In this document: in pieces, positions 11,941 through 26,729 of the stretch
Layout: each line of letters opens with the position of its first letter
Position numbering within the stretch: the first letter of the stretch is position 1
Source of the DNA: Octopus sinensis
Lineage: Eukaryota
NCBI RefSeq assembly: GCF_006345805.1
Contig: NC_043002.1
Coordinates: 2,604,001-2,668,000, forward strand
Reading direction: 5' to 3'
Length of the DNA: 64,000 nucleotides
Made by a program: the position numbers and the translations under genes
Notes under the pieces: model-generated
Database searches by the model: none
Seen by the model: only the letters and a program-made list of their open reading frames with translations
What the model was told of the DNA's origin: nothing

Positions 11941-14559
11941 CCTTTGCGAGTGAAACGAAACGAAACCGATTCCTTTTGGTAAACCCGGTTGGGTAGAAGA
12001 TAAACGTAGACTCGGTCGGTTGAAATATGCCTCCTTATCTCAGTGTATTACAGGCATGTTTCAGCGAATCCAGCAGAAATAAAACCGAAAATATCGAAGT
12101 GCCGATTAGATCTTGAAAAATTATTTGATCCGTCCCTTTGTGCCAAATCCTTCTGACTACCGACAACTGACAATACATTGACAAAACTATTGAATACTAT
12201 ATCTGCTAGAGAGATGTTCTCATCCTAGAATCGAACCAAGGACATCGAATTAACACATGGTGAACCACTGATCCAGGTATCACAATATATGCTATATAGC
12301 TTTTAAAATATAAATCAGTGTAATGACAAAAAAACGTAAAATGTATATGATGTTGAGGAGTATTTGCGTGTGTATGTGAGTGTGTGTATGTTTGCGTGTG
12401 TGACTGTGTGTGAGTGTGAAGCTTTTGTAAAAGCTTCGAGTCTTACTAAAAGCTTACATTCCAGTGTTTAATGAATAAATAAATAAAACTAAAATGACGA
12501 TTTGTTGCTATAAAAAGAGAAACATCTAACAGAACCGGCAGAACCTTCATGATAATTTTTCCTCGATACATATTCCACACAAGGCTTATCAATATTCTTT
12601 AGACTTCGCTGCCATTATTACTTATTGCCAATGTAGACTTCCACCAATCTCTTCCAATAATTCCATGATTTAGTCTTTCGTTGGAAATGGCTGCCACAAT
12701 CCGGGCATTTACATTTGTTATTTGCTGACGTTGAAGGTTTCTATCAGAAAATGAATTCAAACTATTTTCCTCGGGAGAATTTCTCATTTTACTGGAAGTG
12801 ATTTTTGTCTGGTGAATACACGGAGAACATAGACTTTACAAAGTTATTCTATTTTTCAATAGAACAAAGTTCTTCAAATACGATGTGCAATTCCTGTTTC
12901 AAGGAAATTTGTGTTCCTCGTCCGAAATGTCCATAGATTTTGGAAACTGTGACCCATTGGAACTAGTCAATATTTTATTTATTTTTATCTAAATAAGCAT
13001 TATTTCAACACAGTGTGTATATTTTATTTTGAGGGAGTTGAGTCTATATGATGGCTGCTACAATTCTCAGGAATCGATTTTGGTCGATTCCCATTTATTA
13101 TTCAATCATTTCTGCAATACTCTACAACACAAAACACTCCAATACCATTCCATGCGGTAACAACACAATGGCCGTCCACCATAAACCTATAGAATATCAT
13201 ATTCAATGTCCATAAATTACAAGATTCCATCATTGCTAAGCGTCGGTTCGCTAATCGATCACTGATATCACGAAATCAGTTTGTTGGCTGCGTTTTCTGT
13301 TGTTGATATTGTTGTTGTTGTTTTAGTTTTCCTGTCGATTCTTGTTGTAAACAGTCTGTTCTTTAACAGTAAACAGATAAACAGAACATACACAAGAGTT
13401 ATAAGGCATCTGAATATACACACACTCGTTTCTCTGCAGTCTTCAGATACCTTTTCGTTTCATGCTGTGAACGTATCTCTGCATTATTGTTGATATTGCC
13501 ACGATCTGTTTCCAGTGTTTTCTATATAAGATTGATGTCTCCAGGGAATGAATATATTGACTTTTTTACAGTTTTATCAAGGTTACTCTTTGGTGTGAAC
13601 AGCTTCTATTTTTACTAAATTTCCTGCTTTCGTTGCTTTCCAATTAAAGAAACACAACGGGAGGAGTTTTCGACTCAATCATTTCAAATGTCTTTTATGT
13701 CGTCGGCGGCCAAGTTCATTCTGGGTTTGCTTCGTACCAGAACTAAAGTCTGTGACACGCCAAACGCGTAGCTCTTCGCTTATGGCTTTTCTCTCAGTTC
13801 TTCTACCTATGCAGCAGACATCATTGAAATACTTCCTCATATTATGTATTCTTTTACTAATTTACTTTGTGGAAAGAAACAAGATTACGATTTGATGCTC
13901 ATGATTATCTCAAGAGCTTCAGTGACGTCATGAAGCTGAAATGGTTTCAACAAAGAAACCAGTTCTACAGACTCGACAAATTCTGATTTCTTTTGCACCA
14001 GAAACACGTCAATATTTTCAACGTAATGTAAATAACATTTGTGGTATTCATACCTTTCCAAGAGTTACAACTCTAGAAATAAATTCGTGTCAACCGCGAC
14101 TCGAAACTGGTTTGCAATATCGATACATCAGGAGTCTGCAACAGCACATCATTTTTTTTTTTTTTTTTTTAGTCAGGAGACCAGGGTGGTCGTTATAACC
14201 TCCGAAACCAGAGAGATAGAAGAGGAAGATACCCTCAAATTTGGAAACCTGTCCCTAGGGCTTAAAACAGTGTGAACTGTATTAAATGTAACCAGAGTAA
14301 CAGGTGTTGATGTTAAAAGGGGCGACAAATTAAGCCTACTACCCGAATAGGACACAGTGCATTCGGTCGAACGTTCTTACAACTCCGCCAATCTACAGCC
14401 TTTGATACATTTTGATCGACCATGAAAGGAAGAGAGACAAAGATGACTTTGGAAGGATTTGATCTCAGAGTACAGATGTTCGGAGCAAACTTCACGAAAC
14501 ATCCTGACAGTCAATTCACCGCTTAAATATTAATTGATATTAAAAGAAAGACCAAGATG

Positions 14560-14762
14560 GAGAGCTGGCAGAATCGTCAGCGCGCCGGACGAAATGCTTA
14601 GCGGCATTTCGTCCGTCTTTACCATCTGAGTTCAAATTCCGCCGAAATTGAATTTGCCGTTCATCCTTTTCGAGGTCGATAAAAATAAGTACCAGTTAAA
14701 CACTGGGGTCAATTTAATCGACTTCACCCCCACCTCTCCCAAACTTTCCGGCCTCGTGCCAA
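14560..14762 (+). mobile_element. tRNA-headed SINE family B
   Basis: GAGCTGGCAGAATCG (A box), GAGTTCAAATTCC (B box), GGTCGATAAAAATAAGTACCAG core, and tail GGCCTCGTGCCAAATTTTGAAAC. Confidence 0.85.
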
Positions 14763-14999
14763 ATTTTGAAACCAATATTAAAGAGATGACTAATTCTTGA
14801 GTGTTTTACCGAATGCGGAAGAAGACAGCTGACGGCGAGACTTAGAGCAAAACTGAAACAAAGCCGAACTGTTTTCTTCCAACTTTTTAAAGAATTCCAA
14901 GATCTTCTCGATCTCTTAACCTTTTGTTCTGACCAATTCTGTCTTTGACGATAATATTCCATAATTGTATTTAAAGACAGGTGACGCCTAAGCCGAATT

Positions 15000-15240
15000 T
15001 CCAGTAGCCCACGGACGTGTAATTAACGTGCAAGTGGCTAAGCACTCCACAGACACGTGTATCCTTAAGACAGTTCTCGGAGAGATTCAGCGTGATACGG
15101 AATGTCATAACAGTACAATTCGTTTTTGTCAACTGAGTAGACTAAAGAAACGTGAAATAAAGAGTCTTGCTCAAGGACAAAACGTACCATCGGGAATCGA
15201 AGCTACGATCGTCAGCCGGATGCTCTAACCACTGAGCCAG
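15000..15240 (-). mobile_element. tRNA-headed SINE family C
   Basis: GTGCAAGTGGCTAAGCACTCCACAGACACG..CTTGCTCAAGG..GGGAATCGAA. The same family is at 42385-42980. Confidence 0.75.
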
Positions 15241-16295
15241 GAAGTCATAGGAGATGTAGAATATTGAACAATATGGAAATATTTGTTCCTTTAAAACGGC
15301 CAGCATTTCCTCTGGAGGATTTTCAGCTACATATTAAGATTGCAACTTCAGACATAATTTCCTAAATACAAACGCGTGGTTCATGTTTCGATTCAGGATT
15401 GATTCCATATGAAGCACTACAACCCGTCACAAAGAAACAACCCCTGATTATGAAGAGATGTCTAAGAAGAGCTTTCTCGTCTAAATGTTTAGAAACAGTG
15501 ATATCTTATAATATCCGTGGAAAGCGACACCCATTCTGAACTTTATCAATATTTTGTAATGTTATTAAACAGCGAAACAGATGGTGGGATCGAGAGATGT
15601 TTTACTAGTTGAAGATGCAGCACAAGTATTTTGTGGAAACGTGGAAACTATATAAGGTCAATGGACTGTGATAATGGGAAAGTTTCTGAAGCAGTTTAAT
15701 ATGAATGACAGAAGTTGAAACATAACTTTAAGACATATTTTTTTCTATGTCAAACAATGAGAAATACAGGGCATGCTGCGTGATACATACATATACATGA
15801 ATGCGTGGATTTCGGAGTGGTTATCTCTTCTTCAGCAGCAGAGACTGGAAAGGTAGACACTGCAAACTGATACGAGAGACAGGTCCGTCTTATGATGTTA
15901 CCGTCATCATTCAATGACGGGTTGCACCAGTCACCGGCTCGCTGCATATAGACACGTATATGTATATGTATATATTAGTATATGTATCTATTTATGTGTG
16001 TGTGCGTACGTGTATGAGTGTGTTTGTGCGCGTGTGTGCGCGTGCGTGTGTATATGCGTTTGAGGGGTGTCTGTGTGTGTGTGTGAAAATATAGAGATAT
16101 GTAGCTTATTTCTTATAGACAGAAATAATTGGGTCTACAGCGCCTAGGTTCTGTATTTGAGTGTCTGTTCAGTAAATGAACGTATCGTTTAAATCTATAT
16201 ATGTATATAGCTTGATGTATGAGGGACAGGTGTACAAATAGACATGTTCATATATAGAGGTACGCACACACCTACATATATGTATTTGTTTATAT

Positions 16296-16339
<44 letters not shown>

Positions 16340-16753
16340 TATGTGTATATATGTGTATTTATATATGTATGTGTGTATGTATGTATATATATATATGTAT
16401 ATATATATAATAAATATATATATATATATATATATTGTATAGATATATATTAATGTATATATGCGCATGTGAGATTATGTGTGTAGTGATTCAGTCCTTT
16501 ATGGAAAATAATTTCATGCCAAATTAAATAATTAAGCTATCATCAGTTAACTAACTTTGAAAATATTCCAAATATACCAACAATGTCGGCCAACGATACG
16601 GCACTAATTATTATTTAATTGGCTTATTAATTAAGGTTGAAAGACAAAGTTGTAATGCATTTTCGGTTTAGGTCAATGTCACTCGATTCTTATTTCACTC
16701 TGCCTACGAAATGAGCAACAAAACTATAAATACAAGTGTATGCAAATGTAAAC

Positions 16754-16830
<77 letters not shown>

Positions 16831-17016
16831 GTATGTATGGTGTTTGTCGTTTTATATATATGTATGAATGTATTTATATATATATATATATATGTGCGTG
16901 TGTGTATGTATGTATGTATATGTATGTATGTATGTATGTATGTATATGTCTGACTGTGCCTGTATGTAAACAAATAATATGTATATATTTATATGTATAC
17001 ATATATATATAATATA

Positions 17017-17063
<47 letters not shown>

Positions 17064-17298
17064 ATATATATATTATATATAATATATATGTATATAGTGT
17101 CTGTAGAATACATTTACATATTTCTACATACTTAACTATAGGTGACTATGCATATGCACATCAAAAAATGTTGAAATATGTACGTGCATGTGCGTGTATA
17201 CATAAATAATACATACATACGTGCATACATACATATGTATACATATAGTGTATCTAAGTTTATATACATATGTATATATATATTGTAATATATATATA

Positions 17299-17370
<72 letters not shown>

Positions 17371-18145
17371 TATATATATATACACTCCTTCAATAAGCCG
17401 ATGTGTATATTTGCATCTACTCACGTACGACGAAGCTTCTACTTACGTAAGATTCGCTTCGCCTAAATTCATTCCTTTCTCTTTTGCTGTTTCTATCAGA
17501 AGAATATGCATGGATTCTTTTCAAAACATTTTCTATCTCATATTTTTTTTTGTATTTTATCATTTTATTATCTCTCATTTGTGTATTTTACACATTTATT
17601 CATTTATTATTTATTTTTGTTATTTTTCATAAATTCTATTGTTGTTTCTTTCTATCCCCCCTCCCCCAGATAGCATCAGATAAAACCAATTTTCCACAAC
17701 AGCTTGCAGTGTGTATTAACAGTTTTCACCAAAGAAGTAAAAGAAAAAAGAGGAGAGAAAGAAGGGGGAGTGGGGAAAGAAAAGAAGAAAGGGTGAACTG
17801 GAGGAATACAAGAAGAAAGAAAAGCGAACAAGAATAATGGAAGAAAGAAAGAAAGAAAGTCAGAAAGAAAAAGAAAATACAAAAAAAGGACAGGAATTAT
17901 AGAAGAATAATGGAAAAATGGAAAAACAAAGAGAATTTTAAAATTTAAAATTTCGGTAAAAGAAAAAAAAAAGATATTGAGACCAACTTCAAAAAAAATA
18001 AAATAGTTAAATTCTATTTCTTTCTTTGAGTTGAAATTTTGCTTTGATTTCGGATTTTGGATCTTTGTGCGAGTGTATAATTTTTTATGTCTGTATATAT
18101 ACTTGCATATATATATATATATATATACATATATACTTACGTATA

Positions 18146-18185
<40 letters not shown>

Positions 18186-18602
18186 TCATATGTGCGGGTG
18201 TGGGTGGGTGTGAAGAGAGATTGTTGAATATATTTTTTCAGTAATTTGCCCAGTAATAACACGTTTCTTCTTCTCGCAACAATATCTAATCAACACACTG
18301 TATCGTCTTGAAGAAAGCAATAAAAAACTGCTTTGTCAAAAAAAAGAAATCTCTCTAAGATGCATTCGATTGAAATCTTAAACTCGACAGAACATCGGAG
18401 CACGTATGTTGAAGGGAAACGCTATTAATATAAATATATTTCCGTTGGTGATGCATGTTCGTGAATACATATTATGTTACATATATGAATGCAGGCATAG
18501 ATTTACGTCTATATGTATATATACACGTATGGATGCATTTATAGACATAGAAACACATAAATCTATAGATATATAAATATCCATCTGTATTTAGCGTTAA
18601 AC

Positions 18603-18723
<121 letters not shown>

Positions 18724-19165
18724 TGACACAGATAAATAGACGGACATTGATATATATTTCGATAGATCTAAGTAGACCTGCAAACGCATATTTATAAAAT
18801 ATACACGTAATAAATATGTGTATTTACATTTATATTTTAAGTTTAATTAATATAAGTATTCTATATAATCGTGTGTGACTTTTGTGCATTTGTGCAAGCA
18901 GTTTATTTCTACATATAAAAGTGCATAGGCACGTATTTAAATATTTATATACATCTATGATATATAATAATATAATAATATATATATTTACATATATAGA
19001 TATAACATATATATATAATATATATAGATAGATATTTCGCATACACGTCAATGTGTATGTAAAGCAATGTAACGGCGTGTTTTCCTTTAGGCATGTATAT
19101 GAATAATTTAGAGCGGAATATACTTTAGAATGGCGATGAGATGTAGAGCTGCTTCACTGCATGCA

Positions 19166-19196
<31 letters not shown>

Positions 19197-19263
19197 TATT
19201 ATCATATATATATATATATAATATATAATATATATTATATTATAATATATATAAAAGTGTTTA

Positions 19264-19321
<58 letters not shown>

Positions 19322-20099
19322 CATATATACATGTGTGTGTGTGTGTGTACGCATGCAAGTCTCTGTGTGTATGTGAACACGTATGTCTGAGAGGGTGTGC
19401 ATGTGCTCGCGTAAACGTGTGTGTGTGTGTGCGCGCTGAGAAGATCGGGGTGGGTTATGTGTTGCTAGAGTTGTTAAGATATTTGGAAACAACTATAAAA
19501 ATAAGGAAATATCAGAAGATAAGAGAAACTAAGAAACCATTGCCAGAACATTCTCCCACCACACCCCACCCCACCCCCTGAACATCTTCACACACACAGA
19601 CACACACACACACTGAGCACCCCGACACCCCAGTCTTATCTGTGCGTTGCCCGAGAACTAATTTTCGTTGTAGTTTAATATATGTTCACCTACATTCAAT
19701 TATGCGTTTGTGTGTATGTGTGTATGTGTGTATATGTGCGCGTGGCTAGTGTGATATGTATGTGTGTGTGTATGCGTATGTGTGTGTGTTTGTGTTTACA
19801 CATATGTCTATATCTATATGTGCATATATGTGACATAAATCTTTCTCCGTTTCCACTCTCCCTGTCACTCCCTCTGTGCTGTCTATTTTCCTTTCTCTCT
19901 CTCTCCCTCACTTTTCATGTATTTTTCATATATATATATACATACATACATACATACATACATACATACATACATACATACATACACGAGAGTACTGATG
20001 AATGACATGATGACAGAATGAGGTTAAGTCAAAGAGATAACTAGCTGTCTACCTAGCGATAGAGAGAGAGAGTGAGAGTGAGAGAAGAGAAAGACAGAC

Positions 20100-20145
20100 A
20101 TATAGATAGATAGATAGATTGATAGATAGATAGATAGATAGATAG

Positions 20146-20206
<61 letters not shown>

Positions 20207-20214
20207 TAGATATG
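20100..20214. repeat. (GATA)n tract at the 3' end of Tx1 copy 1
   Basis: Directly visible. Confidence 0.95.
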
Positions 20215-21375
20215 TTTCTTTATTAGCCACACAGGGCTGCACACAGATAGAACAAATTACAAGGTAGAGCTTTTCTTTTGAAGGTTTAAAAAATAAAAAA
20301 AAATAAAAAATAGAAAAATTAAATAAAAATAAAATAAAAAAGGGGGGGTCGATCAAAAGGGATCGTAAAAGGAGAGAAAGAGGACAAAAAAAAAGGGGGG
20401 GGGGGGGTAAAAAAAAAAGGGGGAGAGGAAAAAAATTGATCAATAGGGATCGTTATCACAGAAATGTCAATATGAAGTGTAAAGGGGAGGACAGGTGAGG
20501 TTTACCCGTGGAAAGAAAAGCCTACGGAAAAGACCACGGTAACCTCGGTCAATGAAGTCACATGTTATATTTCTTTTTTTTTTTTTTTTTGCAAATAAGC
20601 AACTCTCTGTATTAATTTTTACGGTTCATAGAATCATAGTCAAGGTGGCTTCGTCATTCATACGTGCCATCCTTGCTACATTCACCCATCTTTTTTAAAA
20701 AACATTCACTAGACAAAAATTGCCTCTCTACTCTCACTTTTTTCTTCAAGTGATACTTGAAGAAGTGATGAGAGATTGACCAGAGAGGAAAGTGTTGTCT
20801 CTAATCCTTTCAGACGCGTCCACCAGATACATTCTTTCGCCATAGCCACAAGTATGATAAAAATAGCTCTTCCTTCCCGTTGAAGGAAGGAGGCGTGACG
20901 ATATTAACGATAGACTCGGCTGATAAACCGACACGTCCCACACGTGACAGTAGTCGTTCGACATAAGCCCACAGGTCGGAAATTGCTGGACACTGCACGA
21001 TGCGTGCAGAGCGGTTTCGTCGCTCTGCCCGCATCTCGGGCAGGTCGGCCCCGTGTTTCTCGAACCATGCCTATAGAGCTTATCCCGAACGGGGTAGCGC
21101 TTCTCGGTAGCCCGGCAGGCCAGGGATCTCTGGAAGTTGTCCATAGGTCCCGGGCCGCCGAAAGTCGTTTGAAACAGGCGGGTCAGGTATTCCTCGTCGA
21201 CGCCCAGGTTTGCCCCGAGCTCGTCGTCGTACCTCCCCTCCACTAATCCCCTATAGAATGCTTTGGTTGTGTTGAAGTCACTCAAGGTCGACCCGGGACG
21301 CAGAGTTGCTTGAGAGCAACGCGACACTCGCGGTGCCATGCGCCCTTCTTCGGCCTCTTTTTGATCCACGACTGT
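20215..21375 (-). mobile_element. L1-Tx1 clade LINE, 5'-truncated (ORF2 C-terminus with CCHC zinc knuckle, plus 3' UTR)
   Basis: Across frameshifts: AWHRECRVALKQL..TTKAFYRGLVEG..MDNFQRSLA..PVRDKLYRHG..TCPRCGQSDETALH..VQCPAISDLWAYVERLLSRVG..KRWVNVARMA. The 3' UTR ends GTGTGGCTAATAAAGAAAC followed by (ATCT)n, and (GATA)n also lies at 21376-21457. Confidence 0.88.
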
Positions 21376-21381
21376 AGATAG

Positions 21382-21434
<53 letters not shown>

Positions 21435-21543
21435 TAGATAGATAGATAGATAGATAGTTGGAAAGTTGAGTCTAGATGCATGCGTCCATTTTGATGAATA
21501 CAAATACATTTATTTGAGTTTATATATACATGTATATGTATAC

Positions 21544-21575
<32 letters not shown>

Positions 21576-21652
21576 ATGTATGAATGTATGTGCATATATG
21601 TATGTATATATGTATATGTAATGTATATATATGTATATATATATATATATCA

Positions 21653-21699
<47 letters not shown>

Positions 21700-21784
21700 T
21701 ATATATATATATATATTATATATATATATATATATATTTATACTCATATATATGTTATGCATATATATATAAATATAAATCAAA

Positions 21785-22155
21785 ATCACCGACATCAAAA
21801 TCAATGGAAACTGCAGTTGTTATCCCTGAGCCGGTGGCACGTAAACAGCACCATCTGAAGGTGGCCGATGCCAGCGCCGCCTAGACTGGCTTCCGTGCCG
21901 GTGGCACGTAAAATGCCCCAATCCGATCGTGGCCGTTGCCAGCCTCCCCTGGCACCTCTGCAGGTGGCACGTAATGAGAACCCACTACACTCACGGAGTG
22001 GTTGGCGTTAGGAAGGACATCAAGCTGTAGAAATATTGCCAGATAGGACTGGAGCCTGGTGCAGCCTTCTGGCTTCCCAGATCCCCGGTCGAACCGTCCA
22101 ACCCATGCTAGCATGGAAAACAGGCGTTAAACGATGATGATGATGATGATGATGA
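21785..22155 (+). mobile_element. SINE-like repeat with three GGTGGCACGTAA motifs and an RTE-type (GAT)n tail (family D)
   Basis: Three GGTGGCACGTAA units, then GGTTGGCGTTAGGAAGGACATC and CCCATGCTAGCATGGAAAACAGGCGTTAAAC(GAT)n. A second partial copy is at 60145-60350. Confidence 0.75.
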
Positions 22156-22255
22156 TATTTATATATATATACATATATATACATATATATACATATATAT
22201 ACATATATATATATGTATATATATACACACACACACATTTTCTATAAATTTCAAC

Positions 22256-22339
<84 letters not shown>

Positions 22340-22894
22340 TTTTCAAATATTAGCAAGTAAAATATACATGTACGTATGTACGCATGTATGTTTATACATA
22401 TGTCTATATATTTTGTGTCGAGAAGTGAACGTGAATAGTTTACTAATGTGCAATGGAGGAAGGTCGAAGGTAAATGTATCAGAGCGCCAACGTATCTCAA
22501 CAACATCAACATTTAATCTCCATAATTCCTTCTCGTTATCATTATTTCTTTGATCTGGCTTCGGCAGATTTGTTTCTTAACTTTATTTATTATGTCATCC
22601 ATGAAACGGTGTATGTTTTTGGTGCTTTACTATAGCCACATGCATATAACCAGAGATTGTGTGTGTGTGTGTGATTGTGTTTGTGTGTGTGTGTGTGATT
22701 GTGTTTGTGTGTGTGTGTGTGCGCGCATGTACATATATACATACATAAATTTATAGATAGATATAGATATATAATTATTTACACATATACGTATATATAT
22801 ATGTATGCATTTATATATACACATGTACATATGCATGTGTTTGTCTTTCTCTATATATATACAGGCAGACACAGACAGACAGACAGACAGATAA

Positions 22895-22980
<86 letters not shown>

Positions 22981-23849
22981 CACCCTTACATACACACAAG
23001 CATGAATACCTATAAAAAAAAGACACTCGTGACAGGGTGCAACCGTATACCTGACGAACAATCTCTCATGGTTAGCTTTTTATAAAGGTTCCGCGTTTCA
23101 CACAAACCTGGATTTAATAAATTTACAACGCACAAACGGAAATACACCTGAAGTTAAAGACGCTGGTTATTTGTCACAGTTTGAGGTTTTGGCGGATACA
23201 CAGACAGATATAGATAGATAGATACTCCTCTTTCTTTCGTTCCCCCTCTCTCACATTTCCTGGCTTTCTCTTCCTACTCACCTTTCCTCCTCTTTCACTT
23301 CACTCTGTCCCTTTTCTTCTTTATTTCGTCCCTCCCAAATTCTTCTATCCCTCTGCCTCTACCTTTCTCCTCTCTCTCAACGTGACCAATGTTTGGCCAA
23401 GCCTGACCTTTCTTTCTTGGTTTAACTACCATCCGTGCAACATCTATATTCCTCCCCCTGCCTGTCACCTCTTATGTCTCTGCCGTAAGGCTTCACTTCT
23501 ACACACGCCAGCTTCATTTAATTCGTCCTTAGTCGAAAGACACCTGTTGTTTATGTCTTCTTATTTGCATTTATATTTGTGTACCATTTCCCCGGTTTTA
23601 TTTTTCATCCTTACATTCGCTGCTTTCTTCCAAGGAATATAATGCTCTTAGCTCAGTTTTTCCTTGGGGCTGGCCAGATTTGAGCAATCTCGAGTATAAC
23701 CAGCCGAAATTGCAAAGATAATCTGGAACTCGACTGAGGAAAGAAAATTCCGAATGACCCGTTCTCGTTTTTTCTTGTCGCTTTTTTGTATCATCTAACT
23801 GTCTGGATATTTGCGCTCTTGTCCCAGTTTTTTGTATTCTTTTTTATAC

Positions 23850-23946
<97 letters not shown>

Positions 23947-24057
23947 AGATAGATAGTAGATAGATAGATAGATAGATAGATAGATGATAGATAGATAGAT
24001 AGATAGATAGAATAGATAGATAGATAGATAGATAGAGATAGATAGATAGATATATAG

Positions 24058-24144
<87 letters not shown>

Positions 24145-24441
24145 TGTTTGAGATGGTGCACAAATTTTATATATTAAGGAAAATGATGTAGTCAGAGTTT
24201 TTGATAATCCTTTATTAGCGCTTCGGTGTCTTTCATGGAAACTCCTTAGAAATGAGTTTTACAGGAAATTTCTTGGACTTTTATATAAATCCGAAAGAGG
24301 AATGTTTTGTTTTGTTTTTTTTCTATATATGTGTGTAAATAGAAAAAAAAAGAAAGAAAAAAGTAGAAAAAAGGAGAGAGTAAGAAAGAGAAGAAAGAGA
24401 AAAGAATAAAGGAAAGAAAGAAAACAAGAAATAAAGAAGGA

Positions 24442-24481
<40 letters not shown>

Positions 24482-24924
24482 GAGAAAGAAAGAAAGAAAG
24501 AAATGGGTCTTTATTTTTTCTTCTTTTGGTCAGTTTTTTCACGTTTAGTTGTTTATCTTAATGGCATTTCAAGATGTCAACTTTGTCTTTGAGGAAAGGG
24601 AGGAAGAAAGAAAGGGAAAAGGACAACAAAAGAAGGAAAGAAAGTGAAAGAAAAAAGAAACAGGGGCGTCTTTCCAATTGCATAGAAGGGGTTAGATGGT
24701 TGGTGCTTAATTACTGTTCAAGTCATTGTTTCTGAAAGCATTTCTTTCTCTTTCCTCCTCCTCCTCTCTCTCTCCCCTCTCCTATTATATACATATTAAC
24801 ATGTTTGTAAATATGCACATACATAGACTCACACATACACACATACAATACACATTAATAGACAGACAGAACAGACAGACAGACAGACAGATAAATAGAT
24901 AAATGGATAGATAGACAGATAGAT

Positions 24925-25107
<183 letters not shown>

Positions 25108-25160
25108 GATAGATAGATAGATAGATAGATATAGATAGATAGATAGAGATAGATAGATAA

Positions 25161-25200
<40 letters not shown>

Positions 25201-25226
25201 GATTAGATAGATAGATATAGATAGAT

Positions 25227-25264
<38 letters not shown>

Positions 25265-25289
25265 AATATAGATAGATAGATAGATAGAT

Positions 25290-25759
25290 AAGTTTCTTTA
25301 TTGGCCACACAGGCTGCACACAGATGGGACAAGTTACAAGGTAGAGCTTTTCTTTTGGGGGATGAAGAGAACAAAAAAACAAAAGAAAAAAAAGGGGTGG
25401 CGTAGGTTTTCGATCAAGAGGGATCGTAAAACGGAAGAAAAGAACAAAAACAAAAAAATTGAATAAAATAAAAAGAATAAAAAGAGAAAAAAAAAGAAAA
25501 GGAAAAGGAACAAAAGGAAAGAGGAATGAAAAAAGAAGAAAAAAAGGGGGAAGAAAAAAAGGGGAAGAGGAAACAAAGAACGATCAATAGAGATCGTGTA
25601 TCACAGTGTTATGATATATGGTGTGAAGGGGAAAGCAAGTAAGGTTTATCCGTGGGAAGAAAAGCCTACGAAAAAGACCACGGTAACCTTGATCAATATT
25701 GTTATGTGTTACCACATTTGTTTGCAAGTGGGTAACCCTCTGTTTTCAATTTCTGGGTT
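25290..25759 (-). mobile_element. L1-Tx1 3' UTR-only copy (related subfamily) embedded in (GATA)n
   Basis: Collinear with 20215-20640 (CACACAG-GCTGCACACAGAT..ACAAGGTAGAGCTTTTCTTTTG..GATCGTAAAA..AAAAGCCTACG-AAAAGACCACGGTAACCT). (GATA)n lies on both sides (24890-25290 and 25760-25861). Confidence 0.85.
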
Positions 25760-25782
25760 GATAGATAGATAGATAGATAGAT

Positions 25783-25861
<79 letters not shown>

Positions 25862-26172
25862 TACACACACGTGAGTATGCGTGCGGAGGGGTATGTATGT
25901 ATCTATGTATGTATGTACGTATGTATATCAAAAGGAAGTCTTATAATACTATTCCACATATACAAAAACAACCTCCATCATCAGCTGCCCACGGACATCA
26001 TTATGGTTTCGACACCTGGCCAGTGCCATTCAATACGGGGGTGTTAACAGCACTAAAATAAGTGTTATTTGGGAACAAACAAACCAAAGAAACCACAACT
26101 TTGAAACACATTTACCCTATATACAACAGTATATATATATGGATGTATGTGTTTGTATATATGTATATATAT

Positions 26173-26698
26173 ACACGAGCAAAACGCCCCCCGTCCAATG
26201 GCCGGTGCTGAATCATATTTGCTGAATAAAAAGCAATCAGTGTTTTCTTTCCATTAAAAAATAATTACTTTTTGGTTTTGTTAAACGAAGTTACGGCAAA
26301 AAAACTTCTTGAGAAACCAAATAGTATTTTCTTCCTTCATGCCAAGTTTGAAGAAAATATCTCTTTTGCATCTTACTTTTTTGGTCTCTTAAATATACTG
26401 CATTTTGTGGCATTATTTCAAGCCAGCCGGCTTTTTTTGCGCAAACTGCACGTGCATTTTTCTCGCGTACGTGTAGTATCGATCGCAACAGCTGATGTAC
26501 TTGCGTGTACAAATGCACCTTCCCACGGCTTTATCGATCGCATTCTCACCTGAAATCGATTTTTGCAATTTTTTCCAGACTTATACACGACCTGATACCG
26601 TCGGTATCTACATATCAAATTTGAGCGCAATCGGATGCAGGATGCCCGAATTCATAGAAGACACACACACACACACACAGACAAAACGGATTTTATAT

Positions 26699-26705
<7 letters not shown>
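26173..26705 (+). mobile_element. Non-autonomous Helitron-like element (putative)
   Basis: Starts ACGAGCAAAACGCCCCCCGTCC with a nearby weak GC hairpin. Ends ATATCAAATTTGAGCGCAATCGG..(CA)n-CAGACAAAACGGATTTTATATTATAT, resembling invertebrate non-autonomous Helitron/HINE ends. Classification is by recalled motif only. Confidence 0.45.

Positions 26706-26729
<24 letters not shown>

Noticed and set aside
13400-13450. Minus-strand CTGAAGA-CTGCAGA-GAAAC
   Set aside because: No closing pair for stem II and no stem I; consistent with chance.
15750-15947. Cys-containing minus ORF with a possible acceptor
   Set aside because: No recognisable family and no good donor.
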